Positions 38,470 through 48,860 are shown, counted from the stretch's first letter. The stretch: DNA of 64,000 nt from Oligoflexales bacterium (GCA_045106415.1 JBGCEP010000043.1:1-64000), one strand, 5' to 3'. The notes: generated by a model not told the origin, from the letters alone. Numbers and translations: made by a program.

Positions 38470-39201
38470 ATGAAGATAATGAACAAACTCCCTTACTTTT
38501 CTATTCTTGTTCTCTCTATTGCTTGCGGACAAAACATCGATCAAACGAATGAAACAGACGAATCTCAATGGAGCGATATGTACGCCGAGTTAGAGCTAAG
38601 TAGTGAAGCAGAAGACAATGTTCTTCCAGCAGAGGTCGATATTGCTGTCAATGGCGTTAAAGACGAAGCTTCCGAACGAGTTCGTTTTGAAAGCGAAAAT
38701 CTTGATATTCTCAAACTTATCCGTCAAGACTTAAGAGAACAAAGGTTTGATATATGTGGGATTGATGGATCTATATCATCTGCTATGCGAGAAGAGTTAA
38801 ACACACTAAGAGATGATGAAAGCCTTACCAAGGAAGAAAGAAAAACAGCTGCTCGAAGCATTCTTGACGTAAATAAAGACGACCTTCAAGCACAAAGAGA
38901 AGCTTTCAAAGTATGCCGCGAAGAACAACCTGAGGCGTTAGATACTCTCCGATCGATCAAAGAAAGCTTCTCTGAAGTCTGTTTTGCAGGAAAAAACTTT
39001 GGGAAGAAAGAAAAAGTTAGAAAAAAAGGTAAAAAAGGCATGCACGGTGTCAAATCAAAATTAATGAAAAAAGGTAAAAAATCTAAAATAGACAGATCTC
39101 ACGACCATCAAAATACAAAAGCCGCGTTGCATACAGCAATTGATAGTTCTGAGTGTACACAAGCTATCGCAGATCATCAGGCAGATACTACTATCCAATA
39201 A
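38470..39201 (+). CDS. Helical lipoprotein, hypothetical
   Basis: Lipobox SIAC; Lys-rich C-terminal segment; TCCGATAA upstream at 38405. Confidence 0.75.
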   Translation: MKIMNKLPYFSILVLSIACGQNIDQTNETDESQWSDMYAELELSSEAEDNVLPAEVDIAVNGVKDEASERVRFESENLDILKLIRQDLREQRFDICGIDGSISSAMREELNTLRDDESLTKEERKTAARSILDVNKDDLQAQREAFKVCREEQPEALDTLRSIKESFSEVCFAGKNFGKKEKVRKKGKKGMHGVKSKLMKKGKKSKIDRSHDHQNTKAALHTAIDSSECTQAIADHQADTTIQ

Positions 39202-39235
39202 TTCCAGGACCAGTCTTATCACTAGATGTTTTCAG

Positions 39236-39263
39236 GTAGTTCTTTGAAAAAAGAACTACTTTT
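39236..39263 (+). terminator. Intrinsic terminator
   Basis: GTAGTTCTTT-GAAA-AAAGAACTAC followed by a T-tract. Confidence 0.7.
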
Positions 39264-39589
39264 ATTTCATTAGACATTAATCAAAAACTGCCTCCATCTT
39301 AATCTTTATTTACTCGTTTTTTTTAATTTACATATGTAAAACCTGGCATCATTTCTTCCCAAAATTATCCAATAAAAAACACAATATGAAATTGTAATAT
39401 GTTCATAAATCATAAAGTGACCGAAAAAATCGAACTAAAAATGTAACCTCTTATCTCTCACAGCATAATTTATAGATAAAAAATATTTAATAACTTTCAT
39501 TGCGAGAGCTGCACTGCGTAAAAAGAATTAAAGAGAGAAGAGTATTATCTGACTTATACAACTGCAAAGTCTACAAAATTTAATAAAAA

Positions 39590-40200
39590 AAGTTAATCCT
39601 TGCTCTTATGTACATAGAGCATCTTTGAGCCTCCTCAACTTTTCGGACACTTTTTCAACGTAGTTTCCGATACGGAAAAATAGTCCCAAGAAGAGGGTCA
39701 CTTATGGCATCAATCCCGTTGGTCTATTTCATTAAGTTGAACTCCACATTCATCTATATACAAGATATTTTCGTCTTTCTTCTATCAATCTTCTCTTAAG
39801 ATTATTTGCGTTTACTTTCGCAACAGTCTTTGCACCAGAAAGTTTTTTTTATTCGTAAAACCATTGCATTTTAAGTATTTGCGAATAGTTGATAACAAAA
39901 GACCCTCAATCTTCAGCTAATTATGTAGAACTTCTATATGGTTTTTCTTCTACAAATTTTTGAATCTCTTCCAGATCTTAAATTTTTCAGGCTTCATTGT
40001 GTCTGTTTCTTTCTTCTTCTTTTGCTTATTAAAGCTTTTTTTCCAGGATATTTTGAGTGTCTGACTCATGAAAGTAGCTGTGTATCTAAATTTTAAAGAA
40101 TGAATAACCTCCTCTTTCAAATCAATAAAGTAGATCTTCGTCATATATACTCCCCAATGATATTTAGATTAAAATGCTGAATTTAATTTGAAACATCACT
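39590..40200 (-). mobile_element. Degraded IS630-family transposase relic
   Basis: N-terminus MTKIYFIDLKEEVI...KKKKETDTMKP (cf. AYSxDLRxxVI...KKETG); LSTIRKYLKCNGFTNKK over an A8 run; LYIDECGV at 39763-39740; multiple stops; ends not resolved. Confidence 0.75.
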
Positions 40201-40664
40201 ATTTAGAATAGTTGAGTAAATAGGTCAAAGGAAAGTGATGCTATATCTATATAAAAAACTGAGACAACCTGTTAAAACAACAAAATTTGTCATCGGAAAA
40301 ATAAAGAAACAAGCCAATAAAAAATAGATTTGCAGAGTGTTAAAAGGTTTCTGGCTCTGCAGTGTATTGTTGATCATTAGAAGGACACAAGAGACGTTAT
40401 CTGAAAGCCGAAGATAAAACCCTTCTCCAAGGCGTAAATAGATAACTAAACTCAGAGCTAGATCATAAGACATAAATAACAAGCTAACCTCAAGCCTTTA
40501 AAGGCACAGTATTTTTCACACTAAATTTCCACACGAAATTCCCTTGGATTAAACCACTGATATTATTGACATCTCAACAGAACATCAACAAAACCTCATG
40601 CCTTCCATAAAATCATCCGATAGGCGTCGTGTCTCAATGACAATCACTACACTATGGACAGATC

Positions 40665-42782
40665 ATGCTTTTTCAACACTTTAAAATTTTAGCCCTTCTT
40701 TTTGCTTCATTGTTTATCATTCAATGCCGCAAAAAATCCCAGAGTGAAAGTGCAATTGTATATAACATGAATGCTGACGCTATAAGCCAGGGTCGGATTT
40801 TTTATGTTGATCACCCCGGTGCTTTGCTCACAACAGAAGAAGGAATCACACAGTTTTCTCAAGGAACAACTGATGATTCTTGGCTTAAAGATGACCTTGT
40901 ATGGATTGTTTTAAATAAAGAAAAATATCCAGACCTCGCAGCAGAAAGCAATCTCGACGGAGACATCAGTGTCGCCGTACGCTATAGTGACCTAAAATTC
41001 ATTGACACTCCTTTAGCTCTTGCTGCTCCGCGATCCGATGGACTTCCTCGATCTGGAAGCGAAGGAGTCATTCGACAAGATTCAACACCAGATCTAAGAA
41101 GAACTCAGAGTGATCCCTCCATCCGACAAGATAATATTTCTTACGAAACCACTCGCAACGACTCTCTGGGAAGTTCAAATAAAGATCTTCTTTCTCAAGA
41201 CAACTCTATCCGTAATATTTCTTCTGCTGAATCCTCTCGATCCGTTCTTCAACCCAGTATTCAAGTCAGTTTTCTTGATAAAGCCTCTGGATTTTTTAAA
41301 TCTATTCGCAGCTCTATCCGTGCTTTCTTTTCTAACATTGGAGCTACTTTTCAAAATTTTCTTACTCGATTTTCATCTAGAAATAACGCGTCAGCAAATA
41401 TTAACGACATAAGTGATGCCACAGCAAACGTTGCTCGGCTACAAACGACCAACCAAGGAACTTTAGTTCTTTCAAGACCCTTAAGAGACGACACAAGAAC
41501 CTCAAATAATGCCATTACCATTAGGGGACAAGGAAACTCAGAAGGGTCAACCCCTCTTAACTCATTCTTTTTAAATCCACTTCAACGCCAAGCTATTGCC
41601 GCAGCAAGAGTTGCATATAATTCTGACCTCACAGTCAAACGAGCAGATGTTGAAGCTTTTTGGAATATTGTGGCTCTCCCAAAAGGATCATCCTTACGGC
41701 TTGAAGATGCTTTACCGGGATTGTTTAATCGTACCGATGAAGTAAAAGCTCGAATCGCCCTACCTATCATTATTGAAGCAGCCACACGCATACAACAAGG
41801 ATTGCCTCCTACCGCAGATACAACGACAACATCACGACAACTTACTGAACAAAAACCAACAAAAAGTCTCACCTACGCTCCACTTGCTTCACGACTTCAA
41901 GAGGTCATAAGTGCAGCACCACGTGCGATTACAGTCGAAGGTTTGAATGTTCGTTCGGGTGATGCAGAAAGCACAGCTCGATTAGTTGAAGTCATTAGAC
42001 CCCAAGGAGAAAATTCCACTCCTGCGACAGATTTAGCTCGAACATTTGAAAACACTTCCTCCCGGGAGAACCAAAGTGAATCTTTAAGCCCTCGAGACTC
42101 AGAAGCCCTTGAAATCAGGGTTTTTGAAGATATTAAGCAAGGTAGAAAATGGCCTATTAAAGCACTCGCAAGCGTTGCAGCATTAAGTGCAGCAACACTT
42201 GCTATCGTTTATGCAAGCCTACCTAGCGATGAAGATGACCAGACAACAGATATTTCATTTATTGAAGACCCCATTAATAACATCACCGAAGAAGAACCTC
42301 CCACTGGAGATAAGGCAGACAGTGATGACAACAATGATAAAAATAAAGACGATGAATCAACAGGTGAAACTGGGAGCTCAGTCATTGTTGAAGATGAAGT
42401 CAAAGGCAACGAAGAGGAAGCAACACCTGAAGAAGAAGATGATGATGAAGTGGCTGAAATCGATAGTGAAGAAAGCATCAACGACATCTCACTTCCATCT
42501 CGTGACACAGAAGAAAATGTTGCGGCGTCAAAAGCAAATGATAAAGTCATTCAGGTCGGTGAGGGAGTCAACTCAGTAACGACTGAAGATGCAGTCGGCC
42601 GCACTATACTTATTGATGCAAACGGTATTCTAGGGTTTATTGCAATCCGCCCAGCTGGTGCCGAACAAGGAGCTGTGGACCTAAGCCGCGCCGTCCAACT
42701 CAAAGGCCGTATTCAAGCCCGAGATACAGGTTATAGCTTAGGGTGCTCAGTCGGCTGCTTGCGCCTTGTACCTCAAGAGTGA
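40665..42782 (+). CDS. Large orphan lipoprotein with internal hydrophobic helix and acidic linker
   Basis: IIQC lipobox-like; Ser-rich region; ALASVAALSAATLAIVYASL; long D/E tract; TCAT-N16-TCCGATAG upstream. Confidence 0.75.
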   Translation: MLFQHFKILALLFASLFIIQCRKKSQSESAIVYNMNADAISQGRIFYVDHPGALLTTEEGITQFSQGTTDDSWLKDDLVWIVLNKEKYPDLAAESNLDGDISVAVRYSDLKFIDTPLALAAPRSDGLPRSGSEGVIRQDSTPDLRRTQSDPSIRQDNISYETTRNDSLGSSNKDLLSQDNSIRNISSAESSRSVLQPSIQVSFLDKASGFFKSIRSSIRAFFSNIGATFQNFLTRFSSRNNASANINDISDATANVARLQTTNQGTLVLSRPLRDDTRTSNNAITIRGQGNSEGSTPLNSFFLNPLQRQAIAAARVAYNSDLTVKRADVEAFWNIVALPKGSSLRLEDALPGLFNRTDEVKARIALPIIIEAATRIQQGLPPTADTTTTSRQLTEQKPTKSLTYAPLASRLQEVISAAPRAITVEGLNVRSGDAESTARLVEVIRPQGENSTPATDLARTFENTSSRENQSESLSPRDSEALEIRVFEDIKQGRKWPIKALASVAALSAATLAIVYASLPSDEDDQTTDISFIEDPINNITEEEPPTGDKADSDDNNDKNKDDESTGETGSSVIVEDEVKGNEEEATPEEEDDDEVAEIDSEESINDISLPSRDTEENVAASKANDKVIQVGEGVNSVTTEDAVGRTILIDANGILGFIAIRPAGAEQGAVDLSRAVQLKGRIQARDTGYSLGCSVGCLRLVPQE

Positions 42783-43693
42783 TCTCTTACGATCCAGCGA
42801 GAAATTTTTTGCACTAGCGGTTGATAAAACTTTTCATCCTCAGCTAACAGCTCATGATAAGCACCTTCAATTTCACAATGCTCTAGATGAATATGTTTAG
42901 ATTTAGCTTTTTCTGCCCAACGGCGGCCCATTTGTGGATCCACAATTTTTTCACTTCCTGCTTGAGCCATAAAAACATCGACTGTTTTTAAAGCATCATA
43001 CATTTTTTCTTGATGAACCTCTTTCAAAGCTTTCACAGCTGAAACAACCCAACCAAAAGTTGGCTCTCCAATACGCCCCTCAAAATCCATCATCCTTTGG
43101 TAGCGCTTTAAACTGTGCGTCAAAGTATTTCTATCAAAATCAGGCATCTTCGTAGATGTACTTAAACTCCATTTCCCTAAACCAAGACGCATAAAAAAAG
43201 TACATAAAAAGGCAGCAACAATCGGCGGCCAAGGCTTCAAAGGAAGACCCAAGAAAGGCGCTGATAAAAAGAGCTTTTGCGGCTTCAATCTTCCGTGCAA
43301 AATGCTATGGAGAGCAATCAGCCCTCCCATAGAATGGGCGACAATAACATAAGGCCTATCCCCTAAAAAATTTTGAATCAAAGCCTCAGCATCTTTTCCA
43401 TAATCATGGAAATCAGAAACCCAGGCACGATCGCCTCCTGACAAACCTTGCCCTCTATGGTCCCAGCTCAAAAAACCTGCATCTTCAGGCAATGACAAGT
43501 CTTGAAATAGATCGAGATATTTTTCATAAAACTCTCCTCTACCATTCAACACAACCACACACAAAGAAGCTTCTTCTTGTGGGGCTGCATAACAATATCG
43601 TATTGAAGTTTGATCAACTGGAGATGAAAAAAAACCATAATCCAGCCGCTTCTTAAAGAGGTCATCTCTTTTTTGAGAAAGATCTTGGGCCAT
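42773..43693 (-). CDS. pldB: Lysophospholipase L2-like alpha/beta hydrolase
   Basis: GRGEFYEKY, WDHRGQGLS, AHSMGG, GAYHELL.E. Confidence 0.85.
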   Translation of the reverse strand: MAQDLSQKRDDLFKKRLDYGFFSSPVDQTSIRYCYAAPQEEASLCVVVLNGRGEFYEKYLDLFQDLSLPEDAGFLSWDHRGQGLSGGDRAWVSDFHDYGKDAEALIQNFLGDRPYVIVAHSMGGLIALHSILHGRLKPQKLFLSAPFLGLPLKPWPPIVAAFLCTFFMRLGLGKWSLSTSTKMPDFDRNTLTHSLKRYQRMMDFEGRIGEPTFGWVVSAVKALKEVHQEKMYDALKTVDVFMAQAGSEKIVDPQMGRRWAEKAKSKHIHLEHCEIEGAYHELLAEDEKFYQPLVQKISRWIVRDHS

Positions 43694-43697
43694 ATGT

Positions 43698-44135
43698 TTA
43701 GACTCTGTACCGTAAGCCAAACCAGGCATACTGAACTCCTTTTGCAATCCACATTTCCATATTTTCACCCATATAAAAATGCCCCCCTATCATTGCCTCT
43801 TGTCGCCATTCAAAATGAGATGGCGTCACAATTCCTTTAACTCGCCCAAGAACCCAAGGCCAAAAAGGTGTCATATTAGGAAATTGAACCCGAACCCCAG
43901 ACATGACAGTCCCTCGCTGAGACCCTTCAAAGCCAAGACCCACTTCCACAGAAATCACCTCTCGCACCCATGCACGCTTCACTAGGGATACTTCAACCAT
44001 GGGTCCAACCTCAAGAGCCACAACCATATCATGGTTTTTTGGCATTTCCGCCCAAATCGGTCTCAGAGTTTTTGCAGCAAACAGAGAATGCGTTGAGACC
44101 AACGTAAAAAAACAAACAATACGTAACAACATCAA
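43698..44135 (-). CDS. Small secreted beta-rich protein (possible OM barrel)
   Basis: Signal peptide; C-terminal AWFGLRYRV strand. Confidence 0.55.
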   Translation of the reverse strand: MMLLRIVCFFTLVSTHSLFAAKTLRPIWAEMPKNHDMVVALEVGPMVEVSLVKRAWVREVISVEVGLGFEGSQRGTVMSGVRVQFPNMTPFWPWVLGRVKGIVTPSHFEWRQEAMIGGHFYMGENMEMWIAKGVQYAWFGLRYRV

Positions 44136-45064
44136 AAATCATCTCCTAACATCACCAACACCGCAAAGTCAGAAACTTGCTTCAATGCCATTTTTTTTGC
44201 CCGGGGAGCCAAAAGGAGCTTACGGTGACGAGGAGAGCTCCACATTTGCTGCATCAATGCATTTAAATCGCCCCCAGACACTCTATTTTCACCTAGAATC
44301 CTATAGCGCGACACCTTTTTAAGCTCAGCATCTAAAGCTAAAAGAGCTTGATGATCATGATACAACCTCCCAGGGTGAAACAACGAATCCATCCATTCCG
44401 CAGTCTCTAGAGAGACAGGAGAAACACCTTGTTGACGACGCAAACTATTCACCCAGCGCAACCACACGCTTCGGCTAGAGCCTTGCTTATCAAAGTTTGA
44501 AAAATCAATATTCTGTTTGTTTTTCTCAATAAGATACCAAAGAACTGGGCCTTGATTTTCAAATGTCTTCTTCCAGCAATACACCCCAGTAACACCTTCC
44601 TCAAAAGGGGGGCCATGCCGCACAGCCTTTCTCACTTCGCCGTTCATAAGGGCAACATCCCAAGACAATCGAGAGCACCAACGTACAAGATCAACTTTCT
44701 TTAAAGAAGCAGGTGCTGGGGTTGTTACAACCCAAACAGATTGGTTTGGACAAACTCCCCACGCTACACCTTCGTGATTTCGTTTTTTCGCATATGAAAA
44801 AGCTAGATCTTTACCATTCACAACAGGTCGATGAAGACTTGCCATAACTCCAGCATCAAATATTTGTTGCTCTTGTAGCCAAGCACCAAGAAACTGTGGC
44901 TGCTGACATATTCCTTGTTCAAGTACAACCTTTAAATCATGGCGTATATTAATTCCAAACGCTGAAAATCCATACAAGAACAAGAAAAAAATCGCGTTAA
45001 GATCCCATAGTTTTATCGAGATATTTAAAGATTGTTTGCAACTGAAGGTTTGTTGTACCTTCAT
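44132..45064 (-). CDS. Secreted protein with C-terminal CAP/SCP domain
   Basis: WVNSLRRQQGVSPV, GENR, MWSSPRHRKLLL; start uncertain. Confidence 0.65.
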   Translation of the reverse strand: MKVQQTFSCKQSLNISIKLWDLNAIFFLFLYGFSAFGINIRHDLKVVLEQGICQQPQFLGAWLQEQQIFDAGVMASLHRPVVNGKDLAFSYAKKRNHEGVAWGVCPNQSVWVVTTPAPASLKKVDLVRWCSRLSWDVALMNGEVRKAVRHGPPFEEGVTGVYCWKKTFENQGPVLWYLIEKNKQNIDFSNFDKQGSSRSVWLRWVNSLRRQQGVSPVSLETAEWMDSLFHPGRLYHDHQALLALDAELKKVSRYRILGENRVSGGDLNALMQQMWSSPRHRKLLLAPRAKKMALKQVSDFAVLVMLGDDF

Positions 45065-46154
45065 AAAGCTTTCCAATTTTGACATCTCGATAAAATTTTT
45101 CAGCTGGAAATTCTTTAATAAATCCGTAACCACCATAGATCTCCAACGAAAGAGAGGCGACTTGCTCGGCGATTTCTGAGGCTTTGTGCTTTGCAATTGC
45201 TGCCTCTAGCTGAAAAGGTTTTCCCGCATCCTTCAAACGCGCAGCGTGATAAACAAGAAGCTGTGCTGACAGTACATCACTCGCCATTGAGGCTAGCTGA
45301 AATTGTAACCCCTGAAAATGCGTCAAAGCTTTTCCAAATTGAGAACGTTGCTTTGCGTAAGCCCAAGCTCCATTTAAAGCTCCATGTGCAAGCCCTAACA
45401 TTTGGGAGGCAATTCCGATTCGACCTTCATTCAAAGTCTCTATCGCAATTTTATAACCTTGGCCAATCGGTCCCATCACTCGGTTTGCAGGAACTCTTAC
45501 TTGATCAAATAAAACTTCACAAGTTGACGAAGCGCGAATACCTAGTTTCTCTTCTTTTTTTCCAAGAGACAAACCTTCTTGACCTTTATCCACAATAAAT
45601 GCTGTAATTCCTTTATAGCCTGCATCAGGATTTACGTTAGCAAATACCAAAAAAATCTCTGCTTCTTTTGCATTCGTTATAAAAACTTTTTTTCCACTCA
45701 CAATATAATCATCACCATCTTTAATCGCTCTGCTTGCCATGGCAAATGCATCAGATCCTGAGTCAGCTTCAGTGAGACAAAAGCATCCCACTTTTGAGCT
45801 ACATAATTGAGGGAGGTATGTTTTTTTCTGCTCTTCTGTTCCCCAATTTTTAAAAATATTATTTACTAAAGTGTTTTGAACATCTGCTACAACAGAGATT
45901 GCAGGGTCTACTTTTGCAATTTCAATAATTGCCAAACAAGCCATGAAAAAGCTACCACCTGCTCCTCCAAACTCTTCAGGAACATCAATTCCCATCAACC
46001 CCATATCAAAGAGACTTTTTAATACATCTGAGTGCATCTCTTCTTTATGGTCCATCTCCATGACGTGAGGTGTGATCGTTTCTCTAGCAAATCTTTCGAT
46101 TTCACTTCGGAATAACTCTTCATCTTCATTGCATGTTGTACTTGTCATATACAT
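44997..46154 (-). CDS. Acyl-CoA dehydrogenase (short/branched-chain-like)
   Basis: FCLTEADSGSD, KLGIRASST, LNEGRIGIA, R.QFG, KLYEGTTNLQ. Confidence 0.93.
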   Translation of the reverse strand: MYMTSTTCNEDEELFRSEIERFARETITPHVMEMDHKEEMHSDVLKSLFDMGLMGIDVPEEFGGAGGSFFMACLAIIEIAKVDPAISVVADVQNTLVNNIFKNWGTEEQKKTYLPQLCSSKVGCFCLTEADSGSDAFAMASRAIKDGDDYIVSGKKVFITNAKEAEIFLVFANVNPDAGYKGITAFIVDKGQEGLSLGKKEEKLGIRASSTCEVLFDQVRVPANRVMGPIGQGYKIAIETLNEGRIGIASQMLGLAHGALNGAWAYAKQRSQFGKALTHFQGLQFQLASMASDVLSAQLLVYHAARLKDAGKPFQLEAAIAKHKASEIAEQVASLSLEIYGGYGFIKEFPAEKFYRDVKIGKLYEGTTNLQLQTIFKYLDKTMGS

Positions 46155-46181
46155 CTCCGGGTCTATCGTTTGAAAATTCTA

Positions 46182-46955
46182 TCACCCAAGAGCTTTAGAC
46201 TCAAAAACATCGAACTGTTTCGCTACACCCAGGCTATCAAACATCAAAACTTCATTTTGCGTCTCTGAAACCCTATTCTTCATTGGCCCGACTGTACAGC
46301 TCATTTTTGACATTTGAGTTGCCCACTGTCTTTGTTCAAATCCTAAGTCAGGAACAGATCTCATAAGAATGTATTGAAAAGCAACAACCATTGGATTATG
46401 CAGCGCACTAGAAACATCTTGGCCGAGAGCCCCTTGCAGAGAGCCTGCAGCTTCACGCATAGTGGTTGCTACAACCAATACGCCATAACGCTCTTTTAAA
46501 TCTTCTGACAACGCCATTAATTGACGCTTTCTTTCTTCTAAATAAGAGCGAGTCTTATGCTGACGACTACGATAACTTTCAAGCTTAGTCACAACTTCAG
46601 GGCTTGAAGCTTCTTCCTGAGGAGAGCTTCCTATCATTTGTTGGATCAGCTTAAACCACATGGAGAGCGTATACGTTTTTTGATGCATTTCAAAAAAATA
46701 AAGCACCTTGCGAACAAACTCACCGGACCATTGAATTAAAGACAAATCATTCCGAGTGAGAAAAGAACGTCTCTTGCTAAATGCTTCTACAGCCTCTAGG
46801 TGTCCATCCATAGCTCTATGAACAAGCTGCGTTTGAGATTGAGCTTCACGAATTAAAGATGCTGTCTTTACACTCCGATGAGGATCAAAAGAGCTTAATT
46901 GACGCAGCTCTTTTTCAACTTCTTTAGCCTGTTTTTCCCATTCTCTAAACTTCAA
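46182..46955 (-). CDS. Hypothetical helical/coiled-coil protein
   Basis: 257-aa ORF with a 4-nt overlap to the upstream gene. Confidence 0.65.
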   Translation of the reverse strand: MKFREWEKQAKEVEKELRQLSSFDPHRSVKTASLIREAQSQTQLVHRAMDGHLEAVEAFSKRRSFLTRNDLSLIQWSGEFVRKVLYFFEMHQKTYTLSMWFKLIQQMIGSSPQEEASSPEVVTKLESYRSRQHKTRSYLEERKRQLMALSEDLKERYGVLVVATTMREAAGSLQGALGQDVSSALHNPMVVAFQYILMRSVPDLGFEQRQWATQMSKMSCTVGPMKNRVSETQNEVLMFDSLGVAKQFDVFESKALG

Positions 46956-47704
46956 GCACCCTCCCTATCTCCAAGTTGAATATTTCTAGAAACAACAGGG
47001 AAATAAGTTTTTAAACGCTCTTCTTGAATCATCAACCAGCGCTTCATCCAAGAAGTGTGATCAATTTCTGCTTGAAGCTCATACTCCATACGTTCAATAT
47101 GATCATTTTGTTCACATAAATTTTGGTAAATTCGCGACAAAATTTCCACAGGAGGACGATCCGACTCTCCTTTTTGAAGAACCTGAACAGCAATCTCTAA
47201 CTGCTTATAATCATGTTCCGTTTCAATAGTTTTACTTTCTATATTCGCCAGCATTTTCCTGAGTTTAGACAAGCGGAATAACACCACCCAGTCAAAGCCT
47301 TCGCCTGCTAATGCTTTTCGTACCCACACTGCTACTTGACCTGTTTTCTCAGCTAAAGACCTTGTGTGTACAGTTTGATTTTGGCTCCACTTCACACAAA
47401 AATTTTGTGCAGCAATGTCACACAAGTCAAGGTCAGGCACTTTTATACCTTCAGGCATTTGAGGTTTTGTAATCGATCGCATCGATTGCAACGTCGAAAG
47501 GAGAGCTTTCAAATGCCTTAAATTCTGAATCGATGACTTCACATGACGACGACCTAAAGACCCTTCTCGAGCCATTTCTTGCAATTCCACTTCAAGAGAA
47601 AGAATACGGTGCCTATACTGACGTATCACGTCAGCAGGAACAGATGTCCGGCGCTGAATCTTTAAACTCAAGGGTGTTCTCTCCCTTTTAACAAACCAGG
47701 ACAA
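46952..47704 (-). CDS. Hypothetical coiled-coil protein
   Basis: 250-aa ORF with heptad-like segments. Confidence 0.65.
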   Translation of the reverse strand: MSWFVKRERTPLSLKIQRRTSVPADVIRQYRHRILSLEVELQEMAREGSLGRRHVKSSIQNLRHLKALLSTLQSMRSITKPQMPEGIKVPDLDLCDIAAQNFCVKWSQNQTVHTRSLAEKTGQVAVWVRKALAGEGFDWVVLFRLSKLRKMLANIESKTIETEHDYKQLEIAVQVLQKGESDRPPVEILSRIYQNLCEQNDHIERMEYELQAEIDHTSWMKRWLMIQEERLKTYFPVVSRNIQLGDREGA

Positions 47705-47801
47705 CGGAAGGCATATACCGCTGCCTTGAATCAGGGTATGATTCTCAATACATTGTCACACGGAGATTGATGACTGTCGAACGCACAAAAGGACCTACTC
47801 T

Positions 47802-48860
47802 ATGAATTCTTCTCAAGAAAAATCTCTAATTCAAGCAGCATACGGGCACACAACTTCTCGTACCCCCATATGGTTTCTCAGGCAGGCTGGGCGATATTTG
47901 CCTGAATATCAAGAAATACGCGCACAAATGTCTTTTTTAGAACTTTGCCGTGATCCACAAAAAGCCGCTGAAGTCACCTTACAACCTTTACTGCGATTTG
48001 ATTTAGATGCTGCTATCATTTTCTCTGACATTTTGATCCCCCCAACCGTCATGGGCCAAGATCTCACTTTTGACAAAGGGCATGGTCCTCGACTGGCTCC
48101 CCCTATCCGCAGCGCAGAAGATGTTAAAAATTTAAAAATCGGTGATATTCCTGAAGAATTATCCTATGTCGGACAAGCTATTAAGGAAACAAAAAAAGGT
48201 TTAAAACCTCACCAAACCATGATTGGCTTTGCTGGAGCTCCTTTCACCGTTGCAAGCTATATGATTGAGGGCGCTGGTAGCAAAAACTATACGCATGTCA
48301 AAGAAATGATGTTTGGCCAACCTAAAGCATTTAGCCAACTACTCGATCAACTTGTTGCTACAACTATTGAATACCTTGAAATGCAAATCTCTTTCGGAGC
48401 TGAGACAGTCATGCTTTTCGATAGCTGGGCAGGCAATCTCAGCGATGCTGATTACCGACAATGGATTGTGCCCACAATTTCAAAACTAGCAAAACAAATC
48501 ACCAGCGTTCCTGTTATTTACTACCCAGGACAGCACCATATTGATGCACTTGAAGGACTCGAAGGTGTTGACGTTGTTGCGATCGATTGGCGTTACAACC
48601 TTCCAAACGCTGTCGAAACATTAAAAAATCAAAAGCTTGATGTCAGCATCCAAGGAAATCTTGATCCACAAGTCCTTATGGCTTCTGAGAGCGTCATCCA
48701 AGAAAAGGTTCGAGCTATTCTCCAACAAGGAGAAAATGCCCGGGGGCACATCTTTAATGTCGGACATGGTTTACTCCCACACATTCCACCTCAAGGTCTT
48801 AAAACAGCGATTGCTGAGATTCGAAAATGGGATCAAGAAAAATACAAGCAGCTGAAATAA
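47802..48860 (+). CDS. hemE: Uroporphyrinogen decarboxylase
   Basis: PIWFLRQAGRYLPEY, IIFSDIL, GFAGAPFT.ASY, IFNVGHG. Confidence 0.97.
   Translation: MNSSQEKSLIQAAYGHTTSRTPIWFLRQAGRYLPEYQEIRAQMSFLELCRDPQKAAEVTLQPLLRFDLDAAIIFSDILIPPTVMGQDLTFDKGHGPRLAPPIRSAEDVKNLKIGDIPEELSYVGQAIKETKKGLKPHQTMIGFAGAPFTVASYMIEGAGSKNYTHVKEMMFGQPKAFSQLLDQLVATTIEYLEMQISFGAETVMLFDSWAGNLSDADYRQWIVPTISKLAKQITSVPVIYYPGQHHIDALEGLEGVDVVAIDWRYNLPNAVETLKNQKLDVSIQGNLDPQVLMASESVIQEKVRAILQQGENARGHIFNVGHGLLPHIPPQGLKTAIAEIRKWDQEKYKQLK

Noticed and set aside
40225..40482. 85-aa hydrophobic ORF
   Set aside because: No convincing start or motif in a decayed AT-rich region; may be relic DNA.
45065..45196. Long overlap of the CAP-domain ORF with the acyl-CoA dehydrogenase
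   Set aside because: Probably just an open alternative frame; the signal-like segment starts near 45000.
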